In this document: positions 17,901-24,863 of the stretch, piece after piece
Layout: each line of letters opens with the position of its first letter
How positions within the stretch are numbered: the stretch's first letter is position 1
IMG/VR virus record: IMGVR_UViG_3300032296_000793
Coordinates: 1 to 31,552 of that record
Direction: 5' to 3' (one strand)
Source of the DNA: a virus
Lineage: Duplodnaviria; Caudoviricetes
Length of the DNA stretch: 31,552 nt
Position numbers and translations under genes: made by a program
The notes under the pieces: model-generated
Database searches by the model: none
What the model was told of the DNA's origin: nothing
The model's input: the letters and a program-made list of their open reading frames with translations, nothing else

Positions 17901-18201
17901 CCTCGCGGATGGCTCGTCTATGGCTTGCATTGTGGTCATAAACGTGAGCAAGGATAACATCGCAAATTGGGGTTATGGCGTGTTCTCATTTATGATTTGG
18001 AAGAGTGGAACAGCAGGAGCATCTGCGGTGAATACTATCTACACGACCAATAACTTCACAAGCTTCACGCTTGGTTTGACAATCGATACAACAACCAATA
18101 CTGCAGAACATCGATTCAACGTAACCGCTACGGGTACTGGATTCCCACACAACGATGTGCGCATCATAGGTCAACTTAACTATACACAATTCAACACGTG
18201 A
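14965..18201 (+). CDS. Tail tip/hub protein
   Basis: 1078 aa; IDLYENE, FSREFRIPA, DWTNKLD, NLFNLFY, YWRVLSINDY, CCVRYGY. Confidence 0.7.
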   Translation: MTNDVQLIVTIGETITEPTTFPSTSSSVVDGQTTINLGSLNPAFSCANPQVVIQAGAVVNVPSATGNSTANVISYDPNTCTIEVDTPIYWSGVTPVSCDVIIDITTDTTQDYIIDLYENESISQNWQFTDISSFASIGAFSREFRIPANENNITILGALHDATYTPTTNYYTTKLPARIMVDSLPISTGHIRVIKAYRQLDKICDFEVSFYGDTPDIIRTLGASKLKDLDYSDITSSFIYEDVTENNIDPNLRYILTDRGQRWSEEGEANTRQVLNPDTPVYAGDMTPVMNAGYLLRKIFNTAGFEIDTTAVDSYIDAYWIPWIINKYNDGTDPNTQYKFNLGLTNNITSITSDDVVSPMTAFIDLNSDVIGAWYQVPFTGYYKFKVWATLQDNPPVVGPNGVIGIQLRSNSVMADAGSQPIAVQNLFWNRTLVPTANVQYTTESILLTQGTYVYQKIFTDHVGHVILADALNNPNYGTGFELVEFSGALYGNAFNANVNAPDIKQVDYVRDIITMHQLAFVPDPNIPKKAMVVPMVDYIGSGTSEDWTNKLDTEKDITIAPTTDYQSRDIIFSYKSGGDIANQLYQAKNRIYGDYKINGYTTAEGEVPNEFAQGELKVELTAESTPCNYIKGTGIVVPKFVNDKGEFVVPNLRFLFLAGTAEIQLYDEQADVVALTEVYLGNHYSTINASVADYDLNFAPETPLHSILSNPYNNLFNLFYRSYMNEIYSPECRVMTAFFNLDLTDILSFSFANKYYIKDSYWRVLSINDYKVGMGETTQVTLIKLVNRYADCAMIPDGQDEDGIIQFVDFDGNPVEGTQPCCVRYGYSWSTELNGCIELQTSDDNPFPTGEAKAMLLASSAPTNALTQLAGSNIAKSNSFSVFAGSNITIEDGNERMIAVGDTMNAIETLASPAMFGRNVMTRSGGLHIGGGWLGDDRTMSLGQSQMGIIPHGADGSWSSSGTSIALVRDNLKNTFLNLADGSSMACIVVINVSKDNIANWGYGVFSFMIWKSGTAGASAVNTIYTTNNFTSFTLGLTIDTTTNTAEHRFNVTATGTGFPHNDVRIIGQLNYTQFNT

Positions 18202-18392
18202 TAAACGACAACACAATCTCACCAGTACTCGACCTCTTGAAGGCAGGAGTCGAACACAATCTCCACAATTATCAATTGCGTGGATGGCGTAAATGGACAT
18301 TCCGTTCCGTTCGTTTTATGACGCGAACAATCAGCTATGTGTCGATTGCTTTGCTCCTTTTGTGGTTACTAAACAAGTTATTCAATGGCTGA
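18198..18392 (+). CDS. Small protein with C-terminal TM segment
   Basis: 64 aa, overlaps both neighbours. Confidence 0.65.
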   Translation: MINDNTISPVLDLLKAGVEHNLHNYQLRGWRKWTFRSVRFMTRTISYVSIALLLLWLLNKLFNG

Positions 18393-20535
18393 AACGAAAC
18401 AAGTAGCTGAATTCGCGATAGACGCATCGGGCGCACTCGTTGCACTTGATGAAACGGGCAAGAAACTCTATGTCGTTGGCGAGAATGCGAAGAATGTCAA
18501 GGGTGAGATTCGTGCCTTGCAGGAGGCTATGGCTTCGGGCAAGTTGACGGGTGACGCATTCGCACAAGCGGCATCGAAGGCGGGTGAATTGAAAGACCAA
18601 GTAAAGGATGCAAGTGAGGCGGTAAACGCAAACGCTGGCCCTGCATTCGAATCGTTCGGCAACAACGCGAGCAATCTCCAAGATAGATTGATGTCTCTCG
18701 ACTTCGAAGGTGTTGGTCAGTCTGCGAAGGGTATGGCCACGACCATCAAGAACTTCTCATTCAAGTCCATCACTGATGGAATCAAAGGAGCGGTAACGGG
18801 ATTCAAGGCCTTGACTACCGCGATGATGAGCAATCCCATTATCTTAATCTTGACGGGTATTGTAGCCGCAGTAGCCGCAGTAGCGGCGGCATTCTCATTC
18901 ATGCAAGACTCTGCTCGTGAGGATGCAGACAACGCGAACAAAGCAATTGTAAAAGGTGCAGAAGACCGCCATCGCAGAGAGAAGAAGTTGATTGCTGAAG
19001 CAGGTAATGATGAGAAGCGTAAGTACGAGTTGAAGCGAGAGGCGGCGAAGAATGATATGAATGACACGCAACGTCAAATAGATAACTTGACGAACATTCA
19101 AAAGCGTGGTTATTCATTGAGCGAAGACCAAGAGAAACAACTCAACGACTTGCGCAAACAATACGCAGACCAACGAGTCGATTATGAAGTAATGGCTATC
19201 GAGCGTATCAACGCACTCAATGCAACTCGTGTCGATGTCGAGCGTCAGTACAATCAAATCGGCATGAACGACCGAGAGCGTCAACTCGACGACCTCAAAA
19301 ATCAAATGGATGACCGATTGAAGCAACTTCGTGACCAAGGTGCGGATGAGGTTATGATTGCGAAACAAACTGCGGTCTTCGTCAATAAAGAGAATGAACT
19401 CAAGTCATCTTGGAATAAGCAAGATGCGGCTGAACACAAGGCGAATTCGGATGCAAGAAAAGCCAAGAACAAGGAAGTCTCGGATGCATCGAAGGCATAT
19501 GAAGCCGATTACCAAAAAGAGGTCGAGAAGATTCGCGAAGAACTCGCCGCGAATGGAATGACCGAAAAGCAAAAAGAGCAAGCCGCACTGGATAAGTATT
19601 ATGGTGACCTCGCTATCAAATACGAGAAGGACGCGAAGAAGAAACAAGAATTCGCGGAATTGCAGAAGCTTGCGCAAACGGCTCTTGATGATAAGTACAA
19701 GAAGATTGACCAAGACAAAGAGAATCAAAAGAAGGCCGAAGACTTAAAGAAGGAACAAGAGCAAGCGGATGCACTCGCAGAGGTTCAACGCAACTATCGA
19801 CTCGGTGAGATGGATGATAAGGCTCGTGCGAGAGCCGAAGAGATTGACGCACTTGTAAAGTACTACGAGGAGCAACAACTCATCGTGGTTGATAATGATG
19901 AGGAGTATCAAAAACTCGCGCAACAACGCGATGAGAAACTCAAGGCACTCCAAAAGAAATACAACAAGGAAGACCTCGACGCGGAGAAGGAGAAGGCCGA
20001 CAAGAAACTCGCACTTGAAAAAGAACTCGCAACCAATCGCGTTGATATGGTGCGGTCGGGACTTGGTGCGTTGAGTGACTTGAATGCTACATTCGAAGGC
20101 CAAACCGAGGCACAACGCAAGGCAAGCTTCAACCGAAACAAGGCTCTCGGAATTGCTGACGCATTAATCGCCACATATCAGTCAGCGACGAAGGCATATG
20201 CATCACAACTCGTTGTCGGTGACGTAACATCACCTGTTCGTGCATCGATCGCGGCAGGTATTGCAGTAGCGGCAGGTCTTGCGCAAGTAGCGAAAATTGC
20301 TAAAACTCAATACACCGGAAAACCATCGGGCGGCAGTGGTGGCGGTGGTGGTAGTGTTGGTGGTGGTATGCCGAGTGCAGGTGCGCCTAACACGGGAGTA
20401 CCACAATTCAACCCAATTAACACAGATTTTTTAACGAATAGACCGAACCAAGTTACTCCGTCCTACGTTCTCGCAGGTGATGTTGCGAATGCATCCGAGG
20501 CGAGAAGCCGTGTGCGTGATTTGGCTCGATTATAA
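18385..20535 (+). CDS. Tape measure protein
   Basis: 716 aa; Ala-rich N-terminus with SNPIILI hydrophobic stretch, long K/E/Q coiled coil, AAGLAQVAKI and Gly-rich C-terminus. Confidence 0.85.
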   Translation: MAETKQVAEFAIDASGALVALDETGKKLYVVGENAKNVKGEIRALQEAMASGKLTGDAFAQAASKAGELKDQVKDASEAVNANAGPAFESFGNNASNLQDRLMSLDFEGVGQSAKGMATTIKNFSFKSITDGIKGAVTGFKALTTAMMSNPIILILTGIVAAVAAVAAAFSFMQDSAREDADNANKAIVKGAEDRHRREKKLIAEAGNDEKRKYELKREAAKNDMNDTQRQIDNLTNIQKRGYSLSEDQEKQLNDLRKQYADQRVDYEVMAIERINALNATRVDVERQYNQIGMNDRERQLDDLKNQMDDRLKQLRDQGADEVMIAKQTAVFVNKENELKSSWNKQDAAEHKANSDARKAKNKEVSDASKAYEADYQKEVEKIREELAANGMTEKQKEQAALDKYYGDLAIKYEKDAKKKQEFAELQKLAQTALDDKYKKIDQDKENQKKAEDLKKEQEQADALAEVQRNYRLGEMDDKARARAEEIDALVKYYEEQQLIVVDNDEEYQKLAQQRDEKLKALQKKYNKEDLDAEKEKADKKLALEKELATNRVDMVRSGLGALSDLNATFEGQTEAQRKASFNRNKALGIADALIATYQSATKAYASQLVVGDVTSPVRASIAAGIAVAAGLAQVAKIAKTQYTGKPSGGSGGGGGSVGGGMPSAGAPNTGVPQFNPINTDFLTNRPNQVTPSYVLAGDVANASEARSRVRDLARL

Positions 20536-20545
20536 CAATAAAAAT

Positions 20546-21142
20546 ATGGAAACAAGAAAGGTATACAAGTGCGTCATTGACGACGAAAATCGACTCGGTG
20601 TTCAGGCCATTGGTTTAGTGGAACAACCGGCTATTGAAGAGAATTGGGTCTACTTGAATGCGGTCAAATTATCCGCAGTCAACAACGAGAAACGGATGTT
20701 ATATGGTGCGGCTCTCGTACCCGACAAGCAAATCTTGAGAATAGACAAGGACACGATGGAGGAGTACTACATCGTCTTTGATAAGGCCACTATCTACAAG
20801 TGCGCACATCTATATCTCAAGAAAAACCTGCAGCATGCCGCTACTATTGAACACGAATTCGCGGTTACCGGTGTCACCATGGTCGAGTCATGGATCATCG
20901 AAGACAGTGAGAAGGATAAGTCCAGTGCGATGGGCATGTCTTTACCTCAAGGTACTTGGATGATAGGCATGTATGTGGAAGACGAGTCGATATGGCAAGG
21001 CGTGAAGGAGGAGAAAATCAAAGGATTCTCGATTGAGGGCCTATTCAACAACGTGGCCGTGTCACTTTCCAAGAACTTCGAAGAGGATGCCTTTTTCCGG
21101 GACCTTGACTTGCTACTTCAAGACATGAAAAAGGGGTCTTAA
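20546..21142 (+). CDS. Prohead protease, XkdF-like serine peptidase
   Basis: Start METRKVY at 20546; EQPAIE, LVPDKQILR, IEH, VESWI, GTW, GFSIEG. Confidence 0.85.
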   Translation: METRKVYKCVIDDENRLGVQAIGLVEQPAIEENWVYLNAVKLSAVNNEKRMLYGAALVPDKQILRIDKDTMEEYYIVFDKATIYKCAHLYLKKNLQHAATIEHEFAVTGVTMVESWIIEDSEKDKSSAMGMSLPQGTWMIGMYVEDESIWQGVKEEKIKGFSIEGLFNNVAVSLSKNFEEDAFFRDLDLLLQDMKKGS

Positions 21143-21151
21143 TTGACCCCT
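21128..21151 (-). terminator. Intrinsic terminator for the antisense orphan gene
   Basis: AGGGGTC-TTAATT-GACCCCT hairpin with T tail on the minus strand. Confidence 0.75.
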
Positions 21152-21172
21152 CATTCACGTTTTAAGTTAGGC

Positions 21173-22207
21173 TCACCACGTCTTCTCGACTCTTGTCTCA
21201 AGGTCAAAGATGCGGCCTACGTTCTCATTTTTACCTTGTGCCGGTAAGAACTCGGCATAGGCCAAGATGCTCGCGGAAGTGGGCAAATTTGGGTCGTATG
21301 TGAACGTCTTGGTGGTCGTGTCATAGCTATCGGCTGACCCACTCACACAAGTCACCGTGTTTGCTGCAGAAGCGGTGAACGACACGGTCTTCGTAGCTCC
21401 ATACATGTCGTTTGTGTTCGGTGAATTGTAGAGTCTCCATTGGAATACGTATGATGGGCAGAACTTCCCGTATGAAGTCAACATCGTAGACAACGGTAGC
21501 GTGTTCGCAGGCACTCCATTGACGTGAAATACTCCTTTGTATTGGTTCTCCGCAGGTCGTTCGATGTCCATTCCTATGGATGTGATGAACTTTGAAGGGT
21601 CAACCTTCACGATCGGGAACTCGGTGCGTGTTAAGAGTGTGGTTTCAAGGTCCGTCCATCCACTCATTGACTTGAATAGATTCGCTTTGATGCGTACTGC
21701 TCGGCGCGAACCGGTAGTTGTACCTGATTGGGTGATGGTTTTCACTTGTTTCTGCAGAAGTATCCAAGGGTCGCTCGCACTTGTTGGTGTCCCATCACTA
21801 TTGGTATAGATGAATGGGTCGCTCAAGACAATCATTTTCGACTCACTCTTGCTCAAAACGGCTTTTTGCCATGGGAAGTGATAGGTCATTCCTGCAAATG
21901 GGCCTTGAGTGATGGTCTTATCGAATGCCTCTTTGAACATAGTATACTCGTCATTCGTATCATCCCATCCAATAGGCATACAACCATAGGCGTGGATGTA
22001 GTTACTGATGAGATTAAAGGCATATGCGCCGAATGCTTGAGTTGATGACATGGTCGCGAACTCGTTTGTGGTGACCTTCTTCCCGGTACGGAAGTCATTG
22101 ATCTCGGTCCATAGGATAGAGAAGGTAGTTTTCCGGTTGATTTGCCCATCGAAGACACTCATGTCACTCGGTAGGTCGAGTAGTTGCATTGCTTTAGTCG
22201 GATTCAT
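21173..22207 (-). CDS. Orphan protein (~344 aa), antisense within the head module
   Basis: Long ORF with own terminator; ATG 22207 lies just downstream of a CATATTTG -7-like box (ORF track starts at TTG 22225). Confidence 0.8.
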   Translation of the reverse strand: MNPTKAMQLLDLPSDMSVFDGQINRKTTFSILWTEINDFRTGKKVTTNEFATMSSTQAFGAYAFNLISNYIHAYGCMPIGWDDTNDEYTMFKEAFDKTITQGPFAGMTYHFPWQKAVLSKSESKMIVLSDPFIYTNSDGTPTSASDPWILLQKQVKTITQSGTTTGSRRAVRIKANLFKSMSGWTDLETTLLTRTEFPIVKVDPSKFITSIGMDIERPAENQYKGVFHVNGVPANTLPLSTMLTSYGKFCPSYVFQWRLYNSPNTNDMYGATKTVSFTASAANTVTCVSGSADSYDTTTKTFTYDPNLPTSASILAYAEFLPAQGKNENVGRIFDLETRVEKTW

Positions 22208-22296
22208 TGGTAGTTGTTTCGGCAAATATGCGCCTTAATTCAATGCCATGGGGGAATTGTTGGTCGATTCCGTATATACGTCAAATCGCAATAAAC

Positions 22297-22899
22297 ATGA
22301 ACTTCAAAGAAAGATTATTAGCGACATTTCAAAAACACAACATCGACGCGAAGTCGGTCGGCATTGCTTTAGCAGAAGAGGTAAAACTCGAAGTTGAAGG
22401 CAAGTTGATGGATGGAACAAGTGTCTTCACAAGTGCGGAGACTTTCGCAGTTGGAAGTGACGTATACACTAAAGACGAGGCAGGCAACAACGTTCCTGCA
22501 ATGGCAGGTGAGTACGTTATGGAAGATGGCACTACTATCGTAGTCGGTGAAGATGGAATGGTCGCAGAAATTAAAGAACAAGAAGTGGAGACCGAGATGT
22601 CATCCGAAGACTTCTTCTCTGCTATCGACAAATTGAGTGAGCGTATCTCTGCACTTGAGGCAGATAAGGCCGCTTTGTCAACCGAACTCTCAAACGAGAA
22701 GGCTCGTGTGACTGAATTGTCGAAGGACCTAAACTCAACTAAAACAGAGTTGTCTGCAATGCGCCGCACTCCTGCCGCTCCAAGTGTAAAGGAGAAGCAA
22801 GTCGCTCTCGCTAAGACGGCTCCAGTACAAGAAAAATCGTTCAGCCAAATGACCTTGAGCGAGCGTATCATGTCGAACATCCAAAAAATTAAGAAGTAA
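22297..22899 (+). CDS. Capsid scaffolding protein
   Basis: Acidic; GEYVMEDGTTIVVGEDG, coiled coil, ERIMSNI tail; directly before the capsid gene. Confidence 0.75.
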   Translation: MNFKERLLATFQKHNIDAKSVGIALAEEVKLEVEGKLMDGTSVFTSAETFAVGSDVYTKDEAGNNVPAMAGEYVMEDGTTIVVGEDGMVAEIKEQEVETEMSSEDFFSAIDKLSERISALEADKAALSTELSNEKARVTELSKDLNSTKTELSAMRRTPAAPSVKEKQVALAKTAPVQEKSFSQMTLSERIMSNIQKIKK

Positions 22900-22902
22900 A
22901 AA

Positions 22903-23808
22903 ATGGCAACTACAGTAAACGTAGATAGTACCTTCTCCGGTAAGTGGGCAGGTGACTACATTCGTTCGGCTTTCCAAGCCAACGACACTCTCCAAGGCAT
23001 CACTGTCAAGGAGAACATTGAATTCAAAGCGATCGTTAAGCGTCTCGCAGACGAAATTGACTTCGGTGCGGCGAACTGCTCATTCAATCCAACCGGTACG
23101 GTAGCAATCACCGAGCGTGTTTTGGAATTGAAGAAGTTCCAAGTGCAGCGTCAAATCTGCGTCAACTCATTCCTGCAAGATTGGAATGCAAAAGATGCGC
23201 AGAACGGTGAACTCGGTACTGCATTGACTGATGCTCTTATCGGTAACATCCTCGAAGGTGTGGCTGCAAAGAACGAAGAGTACGTGTGGACTGGTGATGC
23301 AACTAATACTAACCAATACGATGGCTTGTTGACCTTGATTGGTCAAGACGCAGGTGGTGACATCAACTTCGTATCTACTCCAGTAGCTATCGACTCTACT
23401 AACGTAGTAGCGAAAATCAACGCAACTATCGCAGACATGCCTGCAGCCGTTAAAGGTGCAGCAGAGAAGCCGGTATTGTACCTTTCTACTGACGTATGGG
23501 AGGCCTTCATGATTGCTTCTGCTGCAGCAGGAAACGGATGGTACACATATGGCGGTGCCGAGGTTCCAAAGTCATACCTTGGTATGTACAAATTCCACGT
23601 ATGTCCGGGTCTTCCATCATCAACTATCGTGATGGCTCGTCCGACTAACTTGTGGTTCGGTACTAACTTGGTCAATGATTGGAATAACATCACTGTTGCT
23701 GACATGCGTCAGTTCGGTGAGGACAACGTTCGCTTCTCCTTGAAGTTCTTCGCAGGTGCGCAGTACGGAATCGGTAGCGAAATTGTTGCCTACTCAACTT
23801 GGTTCTAA
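22903..23808 (+). CDS. Major capsid protein
   Basis: 301 aa; CSFNPTGTVAITERVL, VWTGD, YDGL, NLWFGT, VRF; high-expression codon usage. Confidence 0.85.
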   Translation: MATTVNVDSTFSGKWAGDYIRSAFQANDTLQGITVKENIEFKAIVKRLADEIDFGAANCSFNPTGTVAITERVLELKKFQVQRQICVNSFLQDWNAKDAQNGELGTALTDALIGNILEGVAAKNEEYVWTGDATNTNQYDGLLTLIGQDAGGDINFVSTPVAIDSTNVVAKINATIADMPAAVKGAAEKPVLYLSTDVWEAFMIASAAAGNGWYTYGGAEVPKSYLGMYKFHVCPGLPSSTIVMARPTNLWFGTNLVNDWNNITVADMRQFGEDNVRFSLKFFAGAQYGIGSEIVAYSTWF

Positions 23809-23819
23809 TAATAATAAAC

Positions 23820-23845
23820 GCAGGGAGGTCTCACGGCCTCTCTGC
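23820..23845 (+). terminator. Hairpin (attenuator or stabiliser) after the capsid gene
   Basis: GCAGGGAGGTC-TCAC-GGCCTCTCTGC, weak U tail. Confidence 0.6.
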
Positions 23846-23861
23846 TTAATATAATATAAAT

Positions 23862-24401
23862 ATGAGTTGTAATTTGACGCGAGGTTTTACCCTCGATTGT
23901 AATGAAGGTGTAGGTGGTGTAAAGGAAATTTACATCGCGAACTGGTCTGCATTCGCTACCGGTGTTACCTTCGACGTTGATGGATTCATCGACGACTTGC
24001 CAACTGCAACCGTTATGCCTTACCAACCAAACCGAAATACCGGTGCGGTGACTATCACGCCACAATCAAACCTTGAGAACGGCACTCTATACTACGATCA
24101 AGTAGTTGAGTTCTCTCTTGGTAAATTGGACAACGACAAGAAAAAAGAATTGGAACTCTTGTCAAAGGCGAAGGTCGCGGTGTTTGTTCGTTTATACGAC
24201 GACAAAATCATGATGGTTGGCCGCACGGACGGCGCATTCTTGACTGCAGGTACTTACCAAAGTGGTAAGGCTAAAGGTGATATGAATGGCTACATGGTGA
24301 CATTGACTGCACAAGAGCCGAATCAACCCGACTTCTTGCTTGCATATACGACTGAGCCATTCGATAACTTTGCATCCATCACGGTTGGCCCGACTTCGTA
24401 G
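23862..24401 (+). CDS. Major tail tube protein
   Basis: MSCNLTRGFTLDC..VGGVKEIY, ENGTLYYDQ, GDMNGY.VTLTAQE. Confidence 0.8.
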   Translation: MSCNLTRGFTLDCNEGVGGVKEIYIANWSAFATGVTFDVDGFIDDLPTATVMPYQPNRNTGAVTITPQSNLENGTLYYDQVVEFSLGKLDNDKKKELELLSKAKVAVFVRLYDDKIMMVGRTDGAFLTAGTYQSGKAKGDMNGYMVTLTAQEPNQPDFLLAYTTEPFDNFASITVGPTS

Positions 24402-24427
24402 TGGTTTGATAAGTGATTATGTGTATT

Positions 24428-24459
24428 AAAAAGGGCGAGGCATTGACTTCGCTCTTTTT
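24428..24459. terminator. Intrinsic terminator after the tail tube gene
   Basis: A5-GGGCGAGG-CATTGA-CTTCGCTC-T5. Confidence 0.8.
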
Positions 24460-24473
24460 ATATTAAAGCAAAA

Positions 24474-24863
24474 ATGAATATACTATTCACCAATACGTTG
24501 AATCAAACGCTTCGACTCACTCTTGATGAGGGTCGGCAGTACTTCTCGACGGCATATACTCACTATCTTCTCGTGTTGACTCACGAGGAGAACTCAACAA
24601 CCGGTACGGACCTCGCACAAGTGCCGCAAATAGTCGCGGAGAATCAACGTATCACGACTTTGAACGTGACTACTGTTGGCTTAACTTTGGTCGGTCGCTA
24701 TAGATACGAAGTATATGGTCAAAATTCACCAAGCAATCTCAACCCATCGGATGACTCGGTCGTCGGATTGGTCGAAATTGGTTGGCTTGACCTCGTTGAT
24801 ACGACCGAATACTACGAAATCCCCAATATAACAATTCAAGACGATGTCATCTACAATGGGTAA
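24474..24863 (+). CDS. Structural protein (head closure-like)
   Basis: GRYRYEVYGQNSPSNLNP...VEIG motif; precedes portal. Confidence 0.6.
   Translation: MNILFTNTLNQTLRLTLDEGRQYFSTAYTHYLLVLTHEENSTTGTDLAQVPQIVAENQRITTLNVTTVGLTLVGRYRYEVYGQNSPSNLNPSDDSVVGLVEIGWLDLVDTTEYYEIPNITIQDDVIYNG

Noticed and set aside
21138-22260. Antisense orphan as an invertible segment
   Set aside because: Only weak flank similarity (CTTAATT; ATG-G-run-AATT), no clean inverted repeats, and no recombinase gene in the window.
18382-23705. Many antisense ORFs over TMP, scaffold and capsid genes
   Set aside because: Shadow frames caused by codon bias and low complexity; no initiation signals or motifs.
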